From Planctomycetota bacterium (lineage in GTDB: Bacteria > Planctomycetota > PLA2 > JAEUHO01), in contig CBDCTJ010000007.1 of assembly GCA_965222115.1 (NCBI GenBank), forward strand, positions 2,080,001 through 2,144,000: a stretch of 64,000 nt of DNA, given 5' to 3'. The position numbers and the translations under genes are program-made. Of the stretch, positions 50,574 through 59,610 are shown in pieces (position 1 is the first letter of the stretch; each line of letters starts with the position of its first letter). The notes under the pieces were generated by a model. That model was not told where the DNA came from and ran no database searches. It saw nothing but the letters and a program-made list of their open reading frames with translations.

Positions 50574-51092
50574 ATGAACAAGCGAAAGTTCCGAGAACTC
50601 AGTGAACTCCCCTACATGACGGCCGACGCAGAGGGACTCAACGTCTATTTCGATGGGGAAAGTGTCGAGGTGACGTTTATTGATATTTATGAGCGGCCCA
50701 TCCGGCATCGGTTTCACGATGTTCTCGGTGTGCGATGGAATCGAGAACTGTCGTCGAGCAAAATGCGCGATGACACGCCTTATGAGATTCTCGATTCTAA
50801 GTGGCTTCGAAAGCAGGCTGGGCTTTGGGCGGTTGATGAGGGCGTGTATGCCCACATTCGTCTTTGTCTGAGCAGTAGCTGTGGTGTGGTTGACGTACTT
50901 GCCAAGCGAGAAGACATTACGCGTGCCGAGGCGCCTTCCAATGACGTCTATCTCAACAAAGATGGCACCGCTATAGTCGTCCACACGCCGATCGGGCGTT
51001 TCGCAATGGCACCGAAGATGAGTGGGAGGCTGAGGCGCATCGACTGCTCTATTCCGTTGAGGCACTCACCGACAACGAGATCGTTCAGTTGA
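50574..51092 (+). CDS. Hypothetical protein
   Basis: 172-aa ORF, TADAE..F.D..F.DV...RW..RDD..YEI.DS.WL..H..LC...CG.VDVL; looks lower in GC than its neighbours. Confidence 0.6.
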   Translation: MNKRKFRELSELPYMTADAEGLNVYFDGESVEVTFIDIYERPIRHRFHDVLGVRWNRELSSSKMRDDTPYEILDSKWLRKQAGLWAVDEGVYAHIRLCLSSSCGVVDVLAKREDITRAEAPSNDVYLNKDGTAIVVHTPIGRFAMAPKMSGRLRRIDCSIPLRHSPTTRSFS

Positions 51093-51481
51093 TTCATTGG
51101 ACGGCGGACGGCCCTTGCCCAGGAAGTGACGTGGCGGCACATGTGCTTCTCCGAGAAGGAGCGCGCGTAGCGACGCATGTAAAGAACGTGTGGACCAAAC
51201 TCGAGCACCCGCAAGTGGAGCGCCTTATCGACGCACTCGTTGCATATTGGCCAGGCACTGTGATTGGAAAGCTATCCGATGAACTTGTGCGTCTCGCTGA
51301 GACGGTGGGACTCGAAGACGCCACACCCCTAGCCGTGCGAGCTCTTCAGCTTTGTGCCGACGCGCGCCTCATGAATCCAACGAAACTCCGCGAACTAGCT
51401 CAAGCGCTGAAACAGGACTCCACCCATGCACGTTTCCGCGAAGTTGCGCAGGATCTACTCAAGTCGCTTCCCTGGGAATGA
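51089..51481 (+). CDS. Hypothetical helical protein or gene fragment
   Basis: 130-aa ORF with TTG start and no clear RBS; abuts the convergent gene. Confidence 0.4.
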   Translation: MIHWTADGPCPGSDVAAHVLLREGARVATHVKNVWTKLEHPQVERLIDALVAYWPGTVIGKLSDELVRLAETVGLEDATPLAVRALQLCADARLMNPTKLRELAQALKQDSTHARFREVAQDLLKSLPWE

Positions 51482-53263
51482 CTAGTCGTCGTCACTTGAC
51501 GTGGCTCTCTTGGGCTTCGTTGTGACCGTTTGACCTGCACGAATCGTGAAGCGGCCTCTATGGCGCAACCCATGATAGGTGACTTCGTAGTCGTACGTGC
51601 CGGGTCGAATGCGCTTGATAGTGGGCAAATCTCCCTCTTTCTCGATGTAGGCGCTCTTCTCGAACGATCTAATCTTGCTCGTGGCGCCCGATCGAGACGG
51701 CGTACCCATTCGAGTCAGCGAGACGTTTCTCCAGAGTATGCGGGCATGTCCATATCTCTCGTGCAGATGCACGTGCGCGCCTTCAAGGCGAAGTAGATCC
51801 CCGTCGCCACCACCGATGTCGAAGCGTACCTGGCCGGTGCGAGCGAGCTTGACCGTTCGCTTGGGTTCAATCAACTGTTTATCGTCATCGTAAGTGAGTG
51901 AAAGAAACGTATCGGCCCAGCCCGAACGTCCTTTGTCGTAGATCAGGATCAGGTGGTTGCATCCCGAAATGATCGGCACCATGACGCGGCCATCACGAAT
52001 CTCAAGCGTATGCTCGAACTCTGTTCGGTAGCCGTGCCAGTTCCGCGGCAATCGTGCATCGGCATAGTCTTCTCGTACGAATAACACGTTGACGCCCCGC
52101 GGGAGGCCTGCGTTCGCCTCAAACGCGAGCTCTAGCGTGTCTCGTCGTTCTTTCAATGGCTCAAGTGTGACGTTCACTTCGTGACGTCCGTCGGCAGGCG
52201 TAACAATTGTGTGATCCATGCGTTCGTAGCCAGGCGCGATGACACGAATCGGCATGTCAGTCCCTGCCGGAAGATTGATTTCGGCAGTGGGGATCATGCG
52301 GGTTCGGTCGGGCTCCGTCGACTTGAGTATCGCGTTGAGGTTGGTTGCGTGCGTTCTCCGTTGCACACCAGCCGCGTCGGTGTACTCGATCCTTGCTCGC
52401 AGGTCCATTGTGTTTGAAACGCTGCCACGCAAGTGAACTCTGACTAGCACCGAAATGAGGCGCGTACATCGAATCGTGACATCGTGGTCACCGGCGAACA
52501 CCGGCTTATCGACTACGGCCACTTCTTCGTGCCTCGAACCCAACGACAGCCGCACTTGTCCTTCTCGGAGCCCTTGAAACTCGAATCGCCCGTTCTTGTC
52601 GGCGATGGTGAATGTGGTTGTGGGCAAGAGCGCTTTCGTGAGCGCAGATTCGGTGTCGTCCTCGCTCACGGGCTCGATTGACACCGCCGTATTGGGGGCG
52701 GGCGTTACGCCATCGGCTTGAACCACGTGTCCGCGCACGGAGAGCCCAGCTTCCATTGGGATCTGAAGCGACATCACTCTCGATGCAGGAGGCAGGAGTA
52801 GATCACTCGACCACGCGGCATATCCGTTGGCGCGTACAACTAGATAGCCAGTGCCCTTTACAACGATCGATCCATGCCTGGGACCCATGAAGCTGTTGAG
52901 AACGTTCTTTGCGTTGTTCTTGTCTTCCTCCGGAACGAACACTGCACGTGCCCAGTGAGATGGTCCAGAAACACGGAAGCGAATGCGCCAAAGATCATCC
53001 GGCAACGACGACGGCGATAGGTTGTCGTAGAGCGCTATCAACGCTGCGGCACCTTCTGAATGGGCGTCGGCCACGACGTTGGGCTGCAAATGACTCGACG
53101 AGCGAAGACCAGGTGCAACCGCACTCTGTGCTGGTGCTGGTGCCGTGGAGTCCTCGTACCGACTCCGGGGAGCGTCGAAGGGGGATGCGAGCCACGCCAC
53201 ACATCCGATAGCGAGTAGCCCCAGTAAGACCCCCGCAATTCGCGTCTGTTTACGCCCACCCAT
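51482..53263 (-). CDS. Membrane-anchored carboxypeptidase-regulatory-like protein
   Basis: N-terminal TM; VRGHVVQADGVTPAPN, ADKNGRFEFQGL, APGY, IRPGTY. Confidence 0.8.
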   Translation of the reverse strand: MGGRKQTRIAGVLLGLLAIGCVAWLASPFDAPRSRYEDSTAPAPAQSAVAPGLRSSSHLQPNVVADAHSEGAAALIALYDNLSPSSLPDDLWRIRFRVSGPSHWARAVFVPEEDKNNAKNVLNSFMGPRHGSIVVKGTGYLVVRANGYAAWSSDLLLPPASRVMSLQIPMEAGLSVRGHVVQADGVTPAPNTAVSIEPVSEDDTESALTKALLPTTTFTIADKNGRFEFQGLREGQVRLSLGSRHEEVAVVDKPVFAGDHDVTIRCTRLISVLVRVHLRGSVSNTMDLRARIEYTDAAGVQRRTHATNLNAILKSTEPDRTRMIPTAEINLPAGTDMPIRVIAPGYERMDHTIVTPADGRHEVNVTLEPLKERRDTLELAFEANAGLPRGVNVLFVREDYADARLPRNWHGYRTEFEHTLEIRDGRVMVPIISGCNHLILIYDKGRSGWADTFLSLTYDDDKQLIEPKRTVKLARTGQVRFDIGGGDGDLLRLEGAHVHLHERYGHARILWRNVSLTRMGTPSRSGATSKIRSFEKSAYIEKEGDLPTIKRIRPGTYDYEVTYHGLRHRGRFTIRAGQTVTTKPKRATSSDDD

Positions 53264-53442
53264 GCGATCACTCTATCGCATCCATCGGGGCGGCGGGTCT
53301 TCAAACGTCCGCATCCATTGCACACGTATACAACCTGTTGTAGACTTGAATGATTCTTACCCCTACACCTTGAGGTTGGCGCGGGTGGGGGTCCCCCGCC
53401 GCAGGATGGCGGTTTCGAGGGAGTCTCCACGGGAGGACGCAC

Positions 53443-54567
53443 ATGCGTTGGTCTTGGATTGTGCTTGCGGCCGTGGTTGCGGCTGGGCTGATTGCCTTTC
53501 TTTCATCGCGCGATTCCGCGGACGATCACGCGCCGAAGGGCGACGCCACGAACGGGGACGTAGCGCTGAAGCGTGAAATTGCGGTGGAGAAGGCCTCTCC
53601 CACGAGTCGTCCCGATGAAGTTGCTAGGGAGCGAGGCGCCAAGGAACTCATTCAGTCCATTGCATCGGCACGCACCGCGGGCAAAAAAGACAAAGTGGCC
53701 GAGTACGAGGCACGACTTCGCAAGCAATCGTGGAATACGTTTACGGCCCGCCGCTATGCACTTCGCCAGGGCACCAACATGTTGGCTGAAGTGCGTGAAC
53801 TCGACGGCGTCAAGCGCGTTCAGCGAGCCCACGATGCGCGAGTCTTACTGTCACGCGCGGTCTACCTACCTGAGATGTTTGACAAACAGCGAAAGCCCAC
53901 CGCGCGTCGCGCGAATCTCATTCAGCGCATCGAAGAGTTGAACCAAATTGTAATGCGCTATCGTGATGGGCTCCCGGGTGTAACCGTGCCCTATGAAGTG
54001 GCGCCAGGCATGTCGCCGGTGCGCATCGTGTCACGCAAGAAATTACGCTGTGGCCATAACGCGATTCTGAAGTGGGTCATCCCAAGCCTCGACCCGCGCA
54101 AGTTACGCGCGGGTCAACTCTTGCAACTTCCGCAAGAAGAGCTAACGATTGAGGTGCACAAGACGCTCTTTCTCCTTGGTGTGTTCGTTGGCGATTGGTT
54201 TGTTACGGAATACCCCGTTGGCCACGGTCGAAAAGGCAAACCCACGCCCGAGGGCGTATTTACAGTCCACAGCAAAGATCGCAATCCCGATTGGTGGGCG
54301 CCCGATGGCGATGGCGGAACGCGTCGCATTCCGGCGGGTCACCCCGAGAATGAGCTGGGCGCGGTGTGGATCGCGCTTGAGGGCGGTCGGCTCACGCGTT
54401 CCGATGGCATTGGTATTCACGGCACCAACAAGCCCGAAACCGTGGGCACCAAGTGCAGTAACGGCTGCGTGCGCCTCGCCAATTCCGATGCCAAAGAAGT
54501 GTTCTGGTGGGTTCGCACAGGAAGTAAGGGCGGTCAGCCCACGCGGATCAAGATTTCTCGTTGGTAG
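53443..54567 (+). CDS. L,D-transpeptidase (YkuD family) with LysM-like domain
   Basis: N-terminal TM; YEVAPG..LRAGQLLQLP; YPVGHG, TPEG.F, NPDW, GIHGT..VG..CSNGCVRL; RBS GGAGG. Confidence 0.93.
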   Translation: MRWSWIVLAAVVAAGLIAFLSSRDSADDHAPKGDATNGDVALKREIAVEKASPTSRPDEVARERGAKELIQSIASARTAGKKDKVAEYEARLRKQSWNTFTARRYALRQGTNMLAEVRELDGVKRVQRAHDARVLLSRAVYLPEMFDKQRKPTARRANLIQRIEELNQIVMRYRDGLPGVTVPYEVAPGMSPVRIVSRKKLRCGHNAILKWVIPSLDPRKLRAGQLLQLPQEELTIEVHKTLFLLGVFVGDWFVTEYPVGHGRKGKPTPEGVFTVHSKDRNPDWWAPDGDGGTRRIPAGHPENELGAVWIALEGGRLTRSDGIGIHGTNKPETVGTKCSNGCVRLANSDAKEVFWWVRTGSKGGQPTRIKISRW

Positions 54568-54841
54568 AGAGGTCTTGAACGCTTCGGGAAACGCGGAAAA
54601 GTGCTCGCAAGCCTGCAAACAACCCGGCGGTTACCAAAATGCCGGTCACGGTCAGCCCTACCGCATAAGGGCCGATACCGAGCCAAGCCATTAGGTCTCT
54701 GTCCGATTCAAGAACGTATCGACCGAATGGAATCGCCAATAAGACGACGATGCCAATGCCCACCGCTGCAGAGAAGATCAGCAGGGCTAACTCAAGTTTG
54801 GTATCGCGCTTGTCCCTAGAGTATCGAAAGTCGATGAACAT
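54548..54841 (-). CDS. Small two-TM membrane protein
   Basis: Two long hydrophobic segments in a 97-aa ORF. Confidence 0.5.
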   Translation of the reverse strand: MFIDFRYSRDKRDTKLELALLIFSAAVGIGIVVLLAIPFGRYVLESDRDLMAWLGIGPYAVGLTVTGILVTAGLFAGLRALFRVSRSVQDLSTNEKS

Positions 54842-54909
54842 TTGGTTGTCTCTTTGACAGTAGGAAATGTCGGTCTGCTCATGCTACATCGACCTGTACC
54901 ATCGCTTCG

Positions 54910-55260
54910 ATGAGCCCTCGCCTCGTCTATTCCACTGACCGTGGACGTATCTGCCCCAGCTGCAATCGTCTTCAGACCGCGTGCCGCTGTAGGAAGAGCA
55001 AGGCACCACAGATGCCTTCAGGCGGCGTTGTCCGCGTGTCGCGATCCACAAAGGGACGCAAGGGGAAGGGCGTTACGCTCATCACGGGAGTCCCTTTGGT
55101 GGGGAATGAACTGAAGGCGTTCGCGAAGAAGCTCAAGGCGAAGTGCGGCGCGGGCGGGGCCCTGAAGGACGGCGTCATCGAGATTCAGGGCGACCATCGC
55201 GACGCGCTGGTACCACTTCTCGAGGCGAAGGGGTGGGCGGTCAAGCGGGCGGGCGGTTAG
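54910..55260 (+). CDS. yciH: SUI1 family translation initiation factor
   Basis: LVYSTD.G, KGRKGKGVT, LKAKCGAGG, IEIQGDHRD, KRAGG. Confidence 0.95.
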   Translation: MSPRLVYSTDRGRICPSCNRLQTACRCRKSKAPQMPSGGVVRVSRSTKGRKGKGVTLITGVPLVGNELKAFAKKLKAKCGAGGALKDGVIEIQGDHRDALVPLLEAKGWAVKRAGG

Positions 55261-56416
55261 CTGACTCGCGGCGTGCACCGTGACGCTTGCCGATTTCGTA
55301 ACGTAGCCAACGACATTCGATGGGCCCATTCATCACAGGAATGCGGCGACTCGTTCGTAGGCCCAAATGGCGCGTCAAGGATTTGTCGCCACTCAATACC
55401 CACGCCGTCGCACCGGCGCAGGCGCCATGCAAGAAGTTGCCCAGCGAGCGCCACGCGTCCACCACGTCCTCGCCTTCGCCCAGGCGCTTCCCGTAGGGGG
55501 GATTGGTCACCACAACCCGGGGCGAATTGCTCGGCGCGAAGGACCGCGCGTCGCTGTGATCCAAACGAATGAACTCGCCCACGCCAGCGGCATTCATGCT
55601 GTCACGCGCGATGCGAAGGGCGCCTCCATGGATGTCGGCGCCTTCGAGGCACACCGAAGGACTCGGTCGCACACGCGCTTCTGCGTCGTCTCGAACCGTC
55701 TTGACCACGGCGGGTTCGGCGTCGATCCACCGCTCGTAGGCAAACGACCGCGTGAGCCCTGGTGCGCGGTCCATGGCGATCCACGCCGCCTCAATCAAGA
55801 AGGTCGCCGATCCGCACATGGGATCCACAAGGGTGGTGGATGGATCCCACTCAGAGAGCAGAAGCAGCCCGGCCGCTGTGGCTTCGTTGAGTGGGCTCTT
55901 GACTTGCTGTAGTCGATAGCCGCGTTTGTGGAGACTCCGTCCCGCGAGGTCGCGGTAGAGCTGAAGGCGATCCCGAATCAAGACGGCTTTAAGCGGGGCG
56001 TCCGGCGTTCTGGTGTCGATGTTTGGTCGCGCGCCCTTTACATCGCGGATGGCATCCACAACCGCGTCCTTGATGCGCAGCGCAACAAATCCAGAATGAT
56101 TGAGTGACTCGGTATTGCGGGTTGTCGCAAAGACAGCCATCGTTTGCTCGGGCGCGATCCACTCGGCCCACGGCAGTCGCCGAACGGCATCGTAAAGATC
56201 GTCAGTATCGTGAACCTCGGCATCGGTGAGCAACTCTTGAACACGAATGGCACTACGCAGCCACATACATGCTCGATAGCCAAGGGCGCGGTCGCCGCGA
56301 AAGGCCACACCGCCCGGACGCCGGTCGAGGGCATCCGCGCCGAGCGCAACGAGCTCAGATTCAAGCGCCGGTTCGAGGCCCCGTGTGCATGCGGCAAAGT
56401 ACTCGATGTTTACCAT
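55241..56416 (-). CDS. THUMP-domain RNA methyltransferase (RlmL-like, single domain)
   Basis: GLEPAL..EL, SLHKRGYR, PLNE..AAGLL, DPMCGSAT..IEAA, NPPYG.RL, NGPIECR. Confidence 0.92.
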   Translation of the reverse strand: MVNIEYFAACTRGLEPALESELVALGADALDRRPGGVAFRGDRALGYRACMWLRSAIRVQELLTDAEVHDTDDLYDAVRRLPWAEWIAPEQTMAVFATTRNTESLNHSGFVALRIKDAVVDAIRDVKGARPNIDTRTPDAPLKAVLIRDRLQLYRDLAGRSLHKRGYRLQQVKSPLNEATAAGLLLLSEWDPSTTLVDPMCGSATFLIEAAWIAMDRAPGLTRSFAYERWIDAEPAVVKTVRDDAEARVRPSPSVCLEGADIHGGALRIARDSMNAAGVGEFIRLDHSDARSFAPSNSPRVVVTNPPYGKRLGEGEDVVDAWRSLGNFLHGACAGATAWVLSGDKSLTRHLGLRTSRRIPVMNGPIECRWLRYEIGKRHGARRESANRPPA

Positions 56417-56455
56417 AAATGCTGTCAATCGATATTGTGGCCAATACGTGAAGCG

Positions 56456-58390
56456 CTACTCTACACGTCGAATCTCTGCCGACTCTTTACTTTCGACCAC
56501 AATCTCTTCGGGCGTAGACGATCCCTCTACCTCGCGCTCGAAAACGATGTTCACCGTTGAGGAGACGATGGATTTCGTAGGGACGAGCTTGCGTAAATCG
56601 ATTTCCTTCGATTCTGTGCCTGATGAACGAAGATGTTTGAGCGTAGAAATCACCCGCCCCGTTTTTGGATCACGCTGATGTTGGCGGGGCGCCATGAGCT
56701 CGGTCGTTGCCGACAATGTCAATCGGTTCCCTTCGATGCGCTCCAAGGTGTAGGTATTAATGGCACTAAGTCGCATGTTGGCTATCGATTTGTCGTATCG
56801 AACATCCCACACCGCGCCGACACCGATGGGCTCCTTTGGAAAAATCGTACTCAGTTGACGTTCCAGTAGTTCTGCCGAAAACCGACTCGGTCCCGCTCGG
56901 CGATCCCTAGCCGCGCGACGTTTTGAGCGTGATCTCGGCCTCCGCCTTCCCGGTTGTCCATCGTCCTTCGTTCTCGATAGATCGCCGCGGGGCGTGACGT
57001 GATAAGAGACGCGCGTTTTGGCGAGCTGGGCTCGTGCGTGCTTCAGCGATTGCAACTCCACTTCTGTCGCTGACTCAGGTGCGGAAAACACAAGGTCGCG
57101 AAACTTGCAGTCGGCCCGGTATCCTTGACCCTTGTGTGCCCGCCGAATTTGCACGTCCGCTTCCAGTCGCATGGATGGTGATTCTCGGCGATCCGATGGT
57201 TGCTTTGTGTCGAGTTCGGACGATCCGCTTATGTGGGCGTCCTGCTTGAGTTGGAACGACACCCGTTCTTCGCTGGGTGTCGCGATCCGATAGCGCAGCT
57301 TTTGCCGCGGTTCGCGGCCCGCCTGCACAAGCGTCACGCGTTCGGTCGAATCGTTGGATGCTGTGTCGGGATCGGTCGCGGTATCTGACCCTTGGTTTGA
57401 AAGAGTAAGGGCGAGCACCACAAGCCCGGTGATTGCCGCAATCGCGGCAAGGGCAACAAGCATCTTTGAAAAAGATGTTATTGCTGGAGCCGTGGAGCCC
57501 TTGGACTCCTTTGATGGGAGCACTTGTTCTGCGAACTCGGTACACGTTGCGAAGCGGTCAGCGGGATTGCGAGCGATAGCGCGCATGATCGCCTGTGCAG
57601 ACGCATCGTTCAATGACGGTAAGTGCTCTCCAATGTGAACGGGGTCATCGCGCTCCTTCTTGAGAAGAAGTGCGACGAGGGTGTCGGCCTCGTAGGGGGT
57701 CTTCCCCGTAAGAGATTCGTACAGCGTTGAAGCGAGTGCGTATTGGTCGGCGCGACCATCAACCGTATGGCCGATGGCCTGTTCGGGGGCCATGTACTTG
57801 GGCGATCCAACGCCCGCACCATCAAGTGTTAGGGCGAGATCTTCATCATCCAGCGCCTTTACTACGCCGAAGTCAGAAAGAAAGACGTGCCCAGCTTCGT
57901 CGAACAATATGTTGGCGGGTTTCACGTCGCGATGAACCACGCCGCGCGCGTGAACGAAGTCAAGCGTCTGTGCGATCGTGGAGAGCCACCCAAAACTCTC
58001 CGCTTCAGAGAGCCCTGCCTCGGCGTGGGCGAGTCGGTCTTCTAGGCTGCCGCCGCCTAGAAACTGCAGTACAAAGAAGGGGATGTCATCGTGTTCGCCT
58101 TGCGCCAGAATGCGGGCGATGTTGGGGTGCTCCAGCCGTACGAGTTCGTTCACTTCCTTTTGAAACCGCTCGCGGAACCCCGCTTCACCCAGAAAGCGAG
58201 CGTGTGGCACTTTGACCACAACGGGGCGTTTGAGATTCTCGTCCTCCGCCAGGTACACCGAGCCCATCGCGCCATCTGCAAGCTTCTCGCGCACGACGTA
58301 GTTGTCGAGCAAGCGTGTGCCCGTCATGTCCACAACGAATCGACTCGACGCGGACTCCGAGTCCTTTCCGGCATCGTCTGATGGACACAT
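56456..58390 (-). CDS. Transmembrane Ser/Thr protein kinase
   Basis: GAMGSVY, VVVK, HPNI, HRDVKPANIL, DFG, YMAPEQ, DQYAL; TM; extracytoplasmic domain with AGREPRQKLRY and FPKEPIGVGAVW. Confidence 0.93.
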   Translation of the reverse strand: MCPSDDAGKDSESASSRFVVDMTGTRLLDNYVVREKLADGAMGSVYLAEDENLKRPVVVKVPHARFLGEAGFRERFQKEVNELVRLEHPNIARILAQGEHDDIPFFVLQFLGGGSLEDRLAHAEAGLSEAESFGWLSTIAQTLDFVHARGVVHRDVKPANILFDEAGHVFLSDFGVVKALDDEDLALTLDGAGVGSPKYMAPEQAIGHTVDGRADQYALASTLYESLTGKTPYEADTLVALLLKKERDDPVHIGEHLPSLNDASAQAIMRAIARNPADRFATCTEFAEQVLPSKESKGSTAPAITSFSKMLVALAAIAAITGLVVLALTLSNQGSDTATDPDTASNDSTERVTLVQAGREPRQKLRYRIATPSEERVSFQLKQDAHISGSSELDTKQPSDRRESPSMRLEADVQIRRAHKGQGYRADCKFRDLVFSAPESATEVELQSLKHARAQLAKTRVSYHVTPRGDLSRTKDDGQPGRRRPRSRSKRRAARDRRAGPSRFSAELLERQLSTIFPKEPIGVGAVWDVRYDKSIANMRLSAINTYTLERIEGNRLTLSATTELMAPRQHQRDPKTGRVISTLKHLRSSGTESKEIDLRKLVPTKSIVSSTVNIVFEREVEGSSTPEEIVVESKESAEIRRVE

Positions 58391-58551
58391 GGGGGATCGT
58401 ACTCGCGGAGTGGGTGTGACGCCTCGACACCCCAATTGACGCCGAGTCCCGACACGATAGCCGAATGCTCCGGGCGGGAGGTGTGAACTCTCGGACAAGG
58501 CGTCCCGCCGTCCGCAAAGGGAATCGGCTTAGCTGTTGCCGTACGAATTCT

Positions 58552-58580
58552 TGAACCGATTTCTCGATCGACTCCGACTC
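58552..58580 (+). promoter_or_regulatory. ECF-type promoter candidate
   Basis: TGAACC-N17-CGACTC upstream of the 58645 gene. Confidence 0.45.
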
Positions 58581-58644
58581 ATGTATAGCGCTCAGCCGCG
58601 ACGGCGAGCCGTTGACCACGAATCGCAACCAAGGAGATCTGACC

Positions 58645-59442
58645 ATGAACTCAATCTTGACCATCGCCTGCCTTACGGTAGGCGTCGTTGCCGCAGGTGG
58701 CTGGGCTGTGTATGCGGCCACGAGCACTGACGACGAGGCCACGGTCGCACATCGCCTGGACCTGATGGCCAAGGCCGACGAGTCGCTCAAGAAGATCGAA
58801 GCCAAATCCATCGCAATGGGGAAACGCATCGAAGCGCTTGAAGCGCGCGTTGTTCCGACGCTCGAGAGTCGTGCTCCTCGTTCGACGAAGGCATTCGAAG
58901 CGCGGGTTCTCGCGAAGCTAGACGAACAAATCGACGAACGCGTTCGTGCACAGATCGATGAGCGGGTAACCGAGGCCGTTCGCGAGCAGATTAAGGCGCT
59001 TCCTACCGTGCCCATGGGTCCTAACGGTGCTGGTTCGCCGGCCTTCCTTGCTGACGCTTCACCCATGAAGGTGCTACCCCTCTCCGAGATTGCGCGCGAA
59101 CTTGGACTTACGTCTCAGGAAGAGAATCAGTTGCGCGAACTCGAAGAAGATCTAGCAAGCAAGGCGCTAGAACTGTTCGTTGATGAGGGCGAGAGCGTCG
59201 CGTCGTTCAAGGAGAGAATCGCCACCGCGCAGGGGGATCGAACGAAAACGGAAGCGCTCCAAGCGAGTGTAGTGTCGAAGATGGTGACAAACATCCCCAA
59301 GGTCTTTCAGCTCAAGCAGCAACGCTCTCGAAAGGGCGAAGAGCTCCTCGGCAAGGATCGCTGGAACAAGTACGACAATGGGTACCAACCCAGCGACATC
59401 GACGTTGGCGGGCTTGACAAGCTCATGTCGTTCGGTGAGTAG
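58645..59442 (+). CDS. Membrane-anchored coiled-coil hypothetical protein
   Basis: RBS AAGGAG; N-terminal hydrophobic helix; coiled coils; IARELGLTSQEENQL. Confidence 0.75.
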   Translation: MNSILTIACLTVGVVAAGGWAVYAATSTDDEATVAHRLDLMAKADESLKKIEAKSIAMGKRIEALEARVVPTLESRAPRSTKAFEARVLAKLDEQIDERVRAQIDERVTEAVREQIKALPTVPMGPNGAGSPAFLADASPMKVLPLSEIARELGLTSQEENQLRELEEDLASKALELFVDEGESVASFKERIATAQGDRTKTEALQASVVSKMVTNIPKVFQLKQQRSRKGEELLGKDRWNKYDNGYQPSDIDVGGLDKLMSFGE

Positions 59443-59610
59443 TTCGCGAATCACCGGCGGAACGACGCCCCCATGCTTCTCTAATCTACCGGCCGTGCAG
59501 CCCTGGCCGGCTTTGCGCGCTTCTCCTGCACGTAGGGTGAGGCGCGCAGCGCACTTTGTGGAGTCTGCTTGAGCCGGAAAAGCCCACAAGACAATATTCC
59601 CTCGCTTCCC

